64,000 nucleotides of DNA. Source: Lytechinus pictus (lineage: Eukaryota). The translations under genes were made by a program, and so were the position numbers. The DNA is taken from contig NC_087250.1 in assembly GCF_037042905.1 (NCBI RefSeq), positions 16,680,001-16,744,000 of the forward strand. Direction: 5' to 3'. Under the pieces are notes generated by a model. That model was not told where the DNA came from, ran no database searches, and saw only the letters and a program-made list of their open reading frames with translations. Below, piece by piece: positions 1 to 40,000 of the stretch. Every line of letters starts with the position of its first letter. Positions within the stretch are counted from its first letter, which is position 1.

Positions 1-930
1 ATGAAATTTTCAGCACATGCTAAATTGATTTTTCTCTATTTATTCAAGTCAGCATTTGTCTGGGGTGGACTTGACCTTTAACCAAATTTGTCACTTTCTG
101 TACGGTTGGCAATATTCCCTTCTTTCTTGAACTGAAAGTAATATACTTAACTAAAAACATAATTCAATTTATCAAAGATACTCTTGTAGTATTTTTTGGT
201 TAGATATCCCATAAAATTGTTTTCCAACTGTCACTGCCAAGTTGATTCAGTTGATATATTTTACTAATTTCTTCCCATAATCGCTTGACCATGTTAACTT
301 CGATTAGGACAATACAAAATAAATGTTGGTAAGATTCAACTTCATTTTACTAAAGTAAAAAAAAAATGATCCGTCTCAAAACCAAATTTCAAAAGTTCCC
401 TTTTCGTGTATACAGCCCCTAATTCTTTGCGTTTATTGCATAGCATTGCACATTTCAGTCTCCGTCAGAAATACTTCTTTTAATTCTCCTGGCCATTCCC
501 AGATCATACTCGGATTGCCCATCTGTAACATGAAATACTAAATCATTTTGAAATTTGTCAATGAAGCGATCATATATTCGTCTAAATTTTATATCACATA
601 GCTTCTGAACACGCCCAAATATCATAAACTCAATTTCAAAGTTGTCTATATCCATTTCCATAATTCACCTTGAAGGCCTATCAACTCTTCTGTTATTACT
701 GAAAATATATTTTTTTCTGAGCAAGTTTTCAGATGAAAATTTCAAATTATACCAGTATGAAACTGGTCTTGATTGACCTTCAACATTATATCTGAGACCT
801 TAAGTATACCTTTCTGAAATAATTCAATAAAAAAGGGTCTTATTATTGAGACATATACGCTTATTAAAATAATGGGATTACAAAAAAGGGAGTTCGTAGT
901 AAAAAAACATATTTACTACTCTTGGAGTTT

Positions 931-950
931 TGACATAGCGCCATCTATCG
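931..950 (+). promoter_or_regulatory. ARE-like TGACATAGC overlapping a GCGCCATCTA motif upstream of the PSMD2 ATG
   Basis: TGACnnnGC at 931-939, 40 bp upstream of the ATG; short motif match only. Confidence 0.3.
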
Positions 951-970
951 TTCATATTTAGTAATTCATC

Positions 971-28127
<27,157 letters not shown>

Positions 28128-31100
28128 TTCCAGGGTTTTTCTAAACCAGTTTCCTTTTCTCTTCGTCACTGAGGGAGTGGCTCTTCTTTGAAACAACCAA
28201 CTACTCCATTCTAAAGACTGCTTAGTTGTTTGATGTACATCGATCATAACCAACTTAATCCACTCAGCAGTCTGTGAGAACATGGGACCTCTTTTAATAA
28301 CCAGCTACCCTATTCTAAAGACAGATTGTTTGTGTGATATTTATTAATTGCATCCAACTTCTGTGACCTAAATATCGAGAGCGTGGCCCTTGTTTGAGAC
28401 ATCCAGCCACCCTATTCTAAAGACAGTTTATTAGTATGATATTCATCATACGCAACCAACATCATTGACCTAAATATTGAGAGGATTTTCCTTCTTGTTA
28501 CAAGTTACCCTCTTTTAATTACGACTATGTTGTCGAGACAGGTCCCACATTGACATCATGTTGGCATGAATGGCGTCATATATGTATGTCGGACGGTAAA
28601 ATCTGAATAAGTCAGATTTCTTCGGGCCATAGAAATTTGTTTGACCTTGGCCAAAATTGATTTATAAGATGAAAAATACTAATGTTTTACACATTCTGGT
28701 CAGAAAGTAATTCTAAAAGTTTGGCGATTATTTGACTAATGGAAAGTTGACTTCTCAATGCCTGTGTACTTGAATTAATTAAGGTTCAACTAGGAAATTA
28801 AAGTGTTAACAATTACTTAGTTCAACCAAGACCATAAAGAGTCACAACTTTTCTTTGCCAATATGGCAACTACCATCGCAGTATGGCTTAACAGCCAGTC
28901 ACATGCAAGGTTTCCACGATAGTTGCCATCATTGTAAAGCTACAATTATTGTAATTCTTTATGAAATGGACGCCTGGTGGGTGTTTCATAAAGCTGTTCG
29001 TAAGTTATGAGTTATTTTACGAACGAGTGGTGATCCTCTCTTGGGGTAATAACATGTTCATTGTTTTTTCTTAGTTCCTAAGAAAGGATCACTGGCCAAT
29101 CATAAAGTCGCTTGAAACTTACAAACACCTTTATGAAACACCCAACTGATCACAGATAGTTTGCTAATCAGCATTAGATTTGAATAGAAATATGATAAAA
29201 CAAATTCATCCTCGGTCACTTGTTTTTATTATCTTCAACCAGTGCATTGGGTACCAATTATATAACTGTGCTGGTGCTTCTACAACACGCATATTGACCC
29301 CCTTGTTCCGAAACAAGAGTCTGGTATGGACAATTGGCTACAAAACACTTGGATTCAAATTCATTTCATCATGAGCATTTGACACTCGAACAGATTTTTG
29401 TTTGTTCTAGTCAAAATTCATCAGGATTTTCTCACAAAAAAATAAAGCACGCTGTTCACTTTGACAGAATATGCAGTATGCTAGATGAAGCTTGTGACCT
29501 TATTTATTTTGATACTTTCTTGAAACTCTTCAAACTTACAGAAGTGTATCGCATTGATAATTCTAAGAAAGAAGCCTAATAATTTGAGATAAAGAGGTAC
29601 AATCAATATTTACAATTGATGTACCATTTTATACATGGCTTGTAATAGACTTACTATGAAACTTGAATGTTATGTTATACAGGTCATGGATATTCATGAA
29701 AAAGCTAGGTTTGTGTATGGTCCACTTGCAAAGGAGACCAATATAATTATTTTGTAGATATCAACTTGATAGTAATGATGTACATGTATTTGTATTGTCG
29801 CATTCTGAATAGACTGTTTAGGCATGAATATTCAAACAGATTAAAATTGTTTTTGTGTCAAGCACAAAGTTTGTTTCACATTAGTGTAATTATTTTTTTA
29901 CAGGGTAATTTATCAAGTTTGCAAAGAGAAGATAGAGATAAAAAGAAGAAATAAAAGAAATGTTTAAGTAGAAAGAGACAAAGACTTGGAGAGCTAAGAG
30001 AGAGAGAGCAGGAGAGAGGGAAGCAAGTAGACTTTAAAAAAAATACAGAGATATGAGAGAGGGAGAGATAGAGGAAGAGAAATAAAGAGAGAAATGGGCA
30101 AGTACACTTTGAGAGAATGTGTAGTGTATTGGGCATAAATTAAAAGGGCGATTTAACTCTGTGAGGTATGAAGGGTTCAAGGACAAAAATGCATATAAAT
30201 ACATTGTCAGGTGCCCTTCACAACAAACACAATCGAGAATTCTTTGTCGAAAATTAGTGATTCAAAACGGCAGTTTTGTCTTCGGCTCTGGACAAACAAC
30301 ATATTTGAAATTTCCTAGCTACAAAGATTACCAAAATCCTGTTTGACTGTGGGATGGTCACTAAAATTGTGACTTTCCGTGGGGCAGCAAATGCAACCAC
30401 TGTTCCTGGACATGATAATATGTAAAATATTATGTGTGAATACATGCAACATGTTGCCATCGCTGAATTCTGCTCCTCAACCGGTTCACCAAGTTTCAAC
30501 AAAGACCTCCCAGCTGTTCTTTGTCGATCATCTTTGAATACAGTCATTAGACAAGACATGAGGTTTTTAAGAGAAAATGGCATGCATGAGTTTATTTTCA
30601 TTTAAATAATCAAAATTTATAAACATTACAAAATCTGTGTAGTCACATACAATGTAACAATAAATAATCATCAATATTTCCAAAAGGAACAAAATATAAA
30701 ACACATAAAATCAAAATGTACTATACTTTGCAATTGGCTCAACATGAAAGACTACTATTAAAAGTTAAACGAATGTACAAAGAAGAGCACAAATAATTAA
30801 CAATGCATTAAACATCTATAAATATAATATAAAAGAGTTGAATTTAGCAAGGTACAAGTTAAGGAATTGACACAATTTTTTTAAAGTATATATCATTCAA
30901 TTGGAGAATTTAGTTATTTATTGAAAACAGGCAGATATCCAGTTCGTCTAGTTAACCCCAAAAGGACTGGAGGTCAACGTGCACCTCCCCATCAATGTTT
31001 CACATCGTGTTTTTAAAGCATAGAGATACATGCACGGCAAAAAATTGTTATAAGGTAACTTTTGGACATCATGGGGGAGGGGGCAGCAATATTTCTGAGC

Positions 31101-31143
31101 CTCATATCTGGATTACATGTACAGAAGGGTAAGACATGCTTAA

Positions 31144-31856
31144 CCCTATCTAGGCGGGGGTATTTTGGGAGATCATATGGCCGGAGGGGGCGGGTTCCCT
31201 TGAGATCTCGTGCTGAAAATTGCCATGCAGGTTGTCTGGGATATAATCTACAAAATTCTATATTAATCTATTTCATGCAAATTGCCATTAATTGATTATG
31301 CTAATTTTTGCGTAATTAGTATGCAAACTCATACTTTTGTCCTCTAACTCCCTAAATGAAGCTCCAATTGTTCTAATTTTTGGTGCAGAAACTCTTTGTG
31401 GTGTTCTTAGCAAATGTATGTGAAAAAAATGTGATATTAGATCAATTTTTTATGTATTAGTTTTTGCAATTTCATATGTATTCCTTTGGTCCTTTTTTTC
31501 ATTGTTTTTTCGATGAACTTTGTCTGGGACTCTAATAAGATCACAAACAGCATAAAATAAATCCATTTAGACCAGCAAAACTAAAAATAATCATACTTTA
31601 TGATTTTTTGTTGAAAACACATTTCACATTGACTTTGTACATGAAATCACGCAAATTTTGGTTTGACATGCAGTTACAAAATGTTGCATAATTTCGGAAC
31701 CGCGTACCTGGGCATTGCAAATTTGGTCAAAAAAATGTGCAAGAATTGAAAGTAAAAAGTCAGCAGCAGCGCGATCAAAAAATTTCGCACGGCGAAAATA
31801 TTGCGCAAATTTTTGAGGGGGGCCTCTGAGCCCCCCCCCCCCTGGCCTAGATAAGG
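31144..31856. mobile_element. piggyBac-like non-autonomous element
   Basis: TTAA|CCCTATCTAGG...CCTAGATAAGG|TTAA. Confidence 0.75.
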
Positions 31857-33272
31857 TTAATACATTGGAGTGTGTCCCCCCCTCCCCCTGCATAAATTCT
31901 CAATTTTGTTTTCAGAATCAAATTGCTGTTTATCTTCAAAACTTCATGAAGACAAATAAAACCTGTAACCCCTAAACTTAAGAGACAAAACCATGTAAAT
32001 AACATGGACATACTTTATTTTTTAGAGCCAAAACATCATAGTGGGGGGGTTAAAAAAAGTAAATGTTGTCTATTCTATTTCAGTTCAGTCTGCAATAAAC
32101 AAGATATAAGGGGGATGTTTCATTATTATGTGTTCAATAATTTTCACTTACAAATTTGCTCTAAATCAATCATATACAAGATATTCAGGAGCTTACAACA
32201 GCTGCCAATGAATATCACTGAACAATCACTTCAACAAACACCCCCCACCAAATTTCAATCAATGTCTAACAAAATTGTCATTACTTTGTTAGGACATTCG
32301 TTATATACATGTACTTCATACTAACAAGTCATTTGTGTGAAAAGTATAATGTACTCTGACAGTTCCATTACATTTGCTCCGGAGACAATTGCTCCGAAAG
32401 AAAATCTGCACTTTAAGCAACACATAAAATCTAACCTCAAAAACTAAATAAACCCATAGGCCCGTAATTTAAAGTCAGGTTTAACTTGACAAAGGTCTAA
32501 CTCTACAATAATTTTGGGCAGCCAAAAATTCTGTTTTTGTTGTATATTGTTTACTATTTTGTTTCCTTTCGTTTTCATAATTTTTCATAATTATGGACAA
32601 TATGAGTGTCAAATGAGTTAATAAATTGGATGTGTACTGTTAGGGATTTGTGCCCAAATTGGCTTTCCATAGTTAAACTACACCTTTAAACTAGGGTTCA
32701 ATTTAAACCTGAGATCAGAATACGGGCCTAAATCTTGATCTATACACTATTCTGAACCAAAAACTCTTATTACCTCTGAGATAGACTAGAGCAAATGTCG
32801 CAGGAGCAAATGTTGTGTCACCAGTCCGACCCCTTATTTTCACAAGTGCGCAAATAGTGAATCATAAACCTGTATATGGACGGAAAATGATCTCTGATCT
32901 TTGAAATGGACGGAACTATCCAACATGGCCCTGGGAAGCGGGGGTGTTATTTTACATAGGCAGCATCCCCTGGAATTCCTGGTAGGTGTGGCAAAATCAA
33001 TAAATATAACACAAAGGACCTAGTACATTTTTAGTGAAACTTTTTTCTTTTTTTGCTTGTCACATTTGCAGGAACCAAAATAAAATGACTTTCATTTTGT
33101 GGTGAAACCCACTTTTTTTTTGCTTGTCAAATTTATGTACATCAGCATCCCTCATAAGAAAGCCATTCCCAGGGCCCTGCTATCAAACTGTCAAAAGTGA
33201 GAGCCACAGACATAGCAGAAGCGTCTTTTCATCAGTAATCATCAACATGTCACCTATTTGCACATAGCGATA

Positions 33273-33700
33273 TCATTTAGAACAAGAAAGGGTTACCAGT
33301 CTTTCGTAAAAATCGGTGATAAAGCGGTTGGTATTAAAGTTAAGAGCGAGTTTAAGAATGACTGGTGAACCTTTCTTACCTCATTCAGAACAAGAAAGGG
33401 TTACCAGTCTCTGGTAAAAATTGTTGATAAAGCTGTTCATATAAAGTTAAGGGCAACTTAAAGAATGACTGGTGAACCTTTCTTACCTCATTCAGAACAA
33501 GAAAGGGTTACCAGTCTCTGGTAAAAATTGTTGATAAAGCTGTTCATATAAAGTTAAGGGCAACTTAAAGAATGACTGGTGAACCTTTCTTACCTCATTC
33601 AGAACAAGAAAGGGTTACCAGTCTCTGGTAAAAATTGTTGATAAAGCTGTTCATATAAAGTTAAGGGCAACTTAAAGAATGACTGGTGAACCTTTCTTAC
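33273..33700. repeat. Tandem repeat, 107-bp unit x about 4, just downstream of the CNST-like stop codon
   Basis: CATTCAGAACAAGAAAGGGTTACCAG at 33382, 33489 and 33596, plus a diverged first copy. Confidence 0.9.
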
Positions 33701-33844
33701 GTGCTTCATAATCACCAATGAACGGTTAATGGTGAATATCATTTACCACAAGAGAGGGTCACCAGTTGCTCATAAAATTGTAACAGCTTTAAATGAAACG
33801 CCCAACAGGTGAGGCAGTGGCTTTAGCAACTGGTCGAGGATTCT

Positions 33845-34038
33845 TCATCTGAAACTTTTCCTGATATTGTGAATGACCTGTCTGCCGTACATGTACCAGT
33901 AATTGATGTCGCCCCTTGTCTGCGCGCAGTAACCCGTCCTGTTGTTATTATAGCAGTAGATCGACGATATCACTATGACGATGAAAACGGTTGCCAAGAA
34001 GAAGATCAGCATGAGAAGGACCGTCATGACCCAATCAT
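33845..34038 (-). CDS. CNST: CNST-like terminal exon (TM helix plus short C-terminal tail)
   Basis: DWVMTVLLMLIFFLATVFIVIVISSIYCYNNNRTGYCAQTRGDINYWYMYGRQVIHNIRKSFR*. Confidence 0.85.
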
Positions 34039-37000
34039 CTGGTGAAAAGGAAGGATGGAAAATTAGTAAAAATCTGTAAATAATAATAATAGTCAGTTCT
34101 TGTACAGCGCATAACACATTATGAATAACGTCTCTATGCACTTCCAAAGGACTTGGATATTATTACCCCGGCTGTAGCTGAAGCAGCCTTTCCAGCGCTA
34201 GGTATTTCAAGGAATAAATTCCCGCCAGGTACCCATTCACCTCACCTGGGTTGAGTGCAGCACAATGTGGAAATTTCTTGCTGAAGGAAACTACGCCATG
34301 GCTGGCATTTGAACCCACGACCCTCTGTTTCAAAGTCCAGAGACTAATCCACTGGGCCACAATGCTCCAAACGCTCACAGCTCAACGCTCAAAGGCTGAA
34401 TATGAGACTATAACAGCCGTAACATGCCCATTCCAATGTTTATACAGTATAAAATTTTAAATTATTATCAATATTAATCAAATTTGTTGATTTGTATATT
34501 GTAAAGAACATACACATTGTGTATCTTGCATAGTCTGCAGGGGCAAACCCTCATTGAAAGTTTGATCAACAAGTTGGTCTTCACACAAGACTAGCACATA
34601 TACTTACTGTTTCAATTTCAGGAGGGCCTTCAAAAACACAAGCCATTGTAGACTGCATATCCAGGGGCCCGTTGCAGAAAGAGTTGCAATCAATTGCAAC
34701 TCTAAAAATCACACGCAACTTGATTTTCAACCAATTAACAACACGCATTTTGGACTTGCGAATGATATTTTGACTTGGGTTTAAACGCAACTCTTTCTGC
34801 AACGGACCCCAGACCTCTTAACTCCAGTGAAGGGTTTGTACATTAGATTATGTCATGCACTATAGAAATACGTTTTCTTTTATTGCTATTATTAATAAAT
34901 CCAAGTATACAAAAAAAAAAACATGAATACGCTCTCAATAATTTCCCCTTGTTAAGGTTACGAAAGGGGGAATGTTTGTGAAATATATGGCACATATATG
35001 CAGCATGTTGCATATTTAATAATGGACAAAATATACATCACTGTGAGCAGTAAAGCCATATAAACAGGCTTGTAAAGGAAGAAAAGTACGAAAATGAAGG
35101 TAATTTGGTTTTCATTCACCTCGATCCTCGAGTGAAGTCGGTTCCAGTTCTCCTCGATGAACCCCTTCATCTATTGTCCTGTCTTCAACACCATTCACTT
35201 CTTTGTTATCAGTGCTCGTAAATCTAAATGTTGAAATACAAAATAAAAGCCAAAAAGCTTACCATATTACGAAAATATGTTCAATGTCATACATGTGAAC
35301 AATTCAACTTCTTATCTCATTTTCCTACGGGTTGTTTCCTGAAGTTTTCCTCAGTGTTACCAATAAATTTAATTTAAAAAAAATAGAATACATATTTAAT
35401 GTGAGTCCCCCCAAAATCTGATTCTGTATAATAAGGATACAGCTGTGCACACAAACACTTAACTCCATGCCAAAATATTACACTATCAGAATCTCTTTTC
35501 TTTTGATTTTTAATAACAAAGACCTAGAATACAAAGTACATTTTAATGTGAGTTCCCCCAAAATCCGCTTCTGATAATATAGCTGTGCACACAAACACTT
35601 ATCTCCGTGACAAACTATTACACTACCAGAATTTCCTTTCTTTTATCTGGTAACTCACCTCTGCCTTAGTTCTGGTTCATTATTGTCAGGTGACACATCA
35701 TGTGATCTTTCAGACTTCAATTCCTCCTCTTCCTTCTCAAACTTCTGCATAGCATCTGTATGTAGGAAGGTTGGAGGGAAAGATTGAGGGAAAGAGGAGG
35801 GAAAGATTGAGGGAAAGAGGAAGAAATGGAAAAGGAAAGAGAGAGAGAGAGAGAGGAAGATAATTATGTGAGAGGGAAGGAGAAATAAAAAGAGGGGAAA
35901 AGGGAAAAAGGTGTGTGTAAGAGATGGAGAGCAAGAGTGAGATAGCAACAGAGAAATTGAATTGAAATTGAATAGAAATTTAACTGAAATTACAATTGAA
36001 CTGAAATTGAATTGAGATTGAATGGAAATTGAATTTCAATTGAATTTGAATAAGAATTCACACTGGAATTAAATTGAAGTAGTTTGAAATTGATTTCAAT
36101 CGAAATTTAATTGACATTGAATTACAATTAAATTGAAATTGAATTTTCAAACAAGCATCCCTCCTGATAATATCACAATTCTAACCTGAATATAGCTTCT
36201 TGCCTACATCAGCATATATGACAGTAAATAGATCCAGTGCAGCAACGGTGATGGGATGATCTTCTCCGTATTCGGTCTGATACATCTTGGTTGCTTTCCC
36301 ACAGTAATCAAGAGCAAGCTGTAGCCTGAGTAGAAAGAAAGCAGTAACATTAACCTCAGTGGGGGTGTCAGCTTTCATTTTTTTGTCTGCAATCACAGAC
36401 TTATATCTGACACTTCAACCAATAACTAGTCTAGAGTTAGGACTAGATGCCAAAGGCTCTGTCTGTGTCAAATAAATAGAGCCAGCCACACAGTACACAG
36501 TGAATCTAGTATCACTACTTCAGACACTGCATTATGCAGTATGCGAATTGCGAATTGCGAAAATGAAGGGTTTGTGCATGCCGACTAAGCTTTCATGTGG
36601 AATGAAGTATTATTTGCTGGCCCTGCACTTTGCAAAAAGCATTAATGCCTGTGACAAAGACATCTTTTGGGGGAAGCAAGCTAGATGTACCAGACTACCA
36701 GTGAGAATTTTTCAGACATCGATTAGTCTCTGTCAAGCTTGATTAGCCTTGGTCAACTAGCTGCTAGGTCAGGGAAAGCGAATGAATTTACAATAAAACA
36801 GTTCCCTATGGCATTAAACATCTGCCAGTCATTAATCTCAATCTACATGTACCATGGTTCGACCATGTACGATAATAACAAATGAGAATAAAACATGAAG
36901 ATCAACAATAATTCAAACAAAAATTTAAGAAATAAGAATGAATGTATAATGTGGAAAAACTTACTTCCCCTCCCGGAGACAGAGTCTAGCCAAATTCTCA

Positions 37001-40000
37001 AATTCTTGACCTTTCTTAGCGCCAGGTGAAAGGTCATCGTCAGGGTATCCATTTTTCTCATGGCAAGTCTCCTTATCAGACCATTCAATATATTGTTGAT
37101 CATGATGTTCTCCATCACCATCCTCAACGTTTTGTCTGTTCTCAGCTTTAGAGTCTGTTGAAAACAAACAGATTATTGAACATACAGCTATGGTGAGATG
37201 TCGCTGATGAGCTGTTAAAACTTTTTATCTTTAACTTTTCATTTTCTTTCTTTTCACTTTCTTTTCATTGAACTTTAAGATCCATCGATGGTAGGAGCCA
37301 GAGTCTTTGATTTTTTTTCACAGAAAAGGGTCACAGGACAAAATAGCACAACGCAAATGTGACCAGCCATTCTAAAACTAACAAGTCATTCAAAGCGAGC
37401 ACATAATACACCTGCCTGTAACGCGTGAAATGGAGTTACTGCCTAAGCAAGAAAAGTGGAAGGTGGTGACTTCACCTAAAGTTGACCTTCTGACCTCAAA
37501 ATCAATAGAATTCCTGGGATCCATGCTAGTTTATACACACCAAATATCATGTAAATGAGGCTAGGTTAAGATAAACTGAAGTTTCATGTTTAAAAGGACT
37601 GCAGAAGAGTACGATACATGTCACTGTGACTTTGACCTTTGGACGTCAAAATCAATAAGCTTCCTGGGATTCATGCTAGTATCATACCCACCAAATTATA
37701 TAAACCTAGGTTAAGTCAAACTGAAGTTATCGCATTTACAAAGAAAAGTTATGGGACGGATGGACAGACAGATGAATGGACACCGAGCAACAAGCATGAT
37801 ACCACAATAAGTCCCGTAGGACGGGCGTATAAAAAGTACTGGAGAATTAAAATGATATAACTTGTCGAATTGATCAACTATAAACCTCACAAGTACTTGA
37901 CTGAATGCAGAAAAAAAAATAACAAAAGTTTTAAAAATCAAGGTCAAAAATTCTGGGTTCACTTAAGCCTATGATGTGCACACCTTGTAATCTTGCAATA
38001 ATTTCCAAACAGTCTGCAAATTTTTTTTACACTTTTTAAGGACGTTCCACAGTTAAAATGAAGTCCATGTCATTTTCACCAAATTTTGCAGAGAGTTACT
38101 TTGGTATCTATGCATTATTAAAATGCAAAAAATAATATAGGTTCATGTGCTTATTTTTTTTCTACGGGTCTTCAAAGTCGCCGTATTTGAAAGATATGAA
38201 ATGTTGCGCAATCAAGAGAATTATGGAATTATGCCTCTCTTAGACCTCACGAATTCACCAAATGAGTTTAAGTCATCTTTACTCAGTGGATAACGCATCA
38301 AACTTCATCAAACTTTCAGAATATGTAACTTAGTAGATACCAAAGTAATAAAAAGTGTTTTAATTGGTAAAACTATATCTATTTGGAGTCAGCAGCGCCC
38401 TCATTTGGCAAAAATGGTGCAAAAACTCGGAAAAAATAAATCTTCAAAGACGTGAATCTATTCAAAAATTAAAAAAGTATTTCATTACGTCTTACCCCCG
38501 TTTGGGAACGGACCGCAGATCAGATTGCAAACTGCGGTATTTCACCCCATTTTGCGTTTGAAAATCTAAAACATCATTTCCAAGCCCTGGGGGTCGTTTC
38601 ATAAAGCTTTTCGTAAGTTAAGAGCGACTTTAACAACGACTGGTGATCATCGTCAATGGTTTGTACCATTTACCGCAAGACATGATCACCAGTCGCTCTT
38701 AACTTACGAACAGCTTTATGAAACACCCGCCTGATCAACCCCGCTTGGCCAGGTAATCCCCACAGGCCAGATTATGAGCGTTGAGCCAAGGACGAAATGA
38801 TAAACAACAGCTGTGCTATTACGTAAGTCTTCTCCGCCTGTAGAAGGACATTCGGAATTAAATTATTGTATTCGATATTTAATCACGTTTTCAAAGGCAT
38901 ATTGTATTCAGAAATTCAACGTTAGCCCATTTTCAATTTCGAACGAAGAAAATCAACCTCGAAATAAGGAAAGTAAGTGAATAAAAAATGGCGACATGTT
39001 TTCCCGGACCGCACTCGGGCTGTTTTGTTATCTTCGGACCGAGGTCAAGAAACAGGTGTTTTGGTACTTACATTGCATGCCTGGGGCTGTAGGGTTTTCG
39101 TAATTGGAGAAGAGAATTCATTGAGAAAATCTGGGGTATAGTGTTATCAAAGGGAGGTTTTTCGTCATGTTGTAAGCTGCACTTTTTTCAAAATCCATGT
39201 CATTTTCATCAAATTTGGCTTAATTGTAGAGGAATGCATATCAAAGGTGTAGGGAAGTTAAAAATATGGGGTCCATGTGCTCGTTTTTTAACTATTAGTG
39301 TCCAAAGTGATGCGAGTTGGCTTGAAAATCGCCTAAAGTGCGCCGAATTCGCCGAAAACGTGCAAAAGTCTAATAATACCGTCTAAAATGCAAATGGTCC
39401 CGTATTTCGCTCCCAAACATTCAAAATCCATGTCATTTTCACCATACTCTCTAAATTTGTAGAGGAATATATTCTAAAGCCGTTAAAATATTAAAAATAT
39501 AGGTTCCATTTGCTCGTTTTTTAGTTATCAGGGTCCAAACTGTTGCGAGTTGGCTTGAAAATCGCCTAAAGTGCGCCGAATTCGCCGAAAACGTGCAAAA
39601 GTCTAATAATACCGTCTAAAATGCAAATGGTCCCGTATTTCGCTCCCAAACATTCAAAATCCATGTCATTTTCATCATACTCTCTAAATTTGTAGAGGAA
39701 TATATTTTAAAGCCGTTAAAATATTAAAAATATAGGGTCCATGTGCTCGTTTTTTAACTATTAATGTCCAAAGTGATGCGAGTTGGCTTGAAAATCGCCT
39801 AAAGTGCGCCGAATTCGCCGAAAACGTGCAAAAGTCTAATAATACCGTCTAAAATGCAAATTGTCCCGTATTTCGCTCCCAAACATTCAAAATCCATGTC
39901 ATTTTCACCATACTCTCTAAATTTGTAGAGGAATATATTCTAAAGCCGTTAAAATATTAAAAATATAGGGTCCATTTGCTCGTTTTTTAGTTATCAGGGT

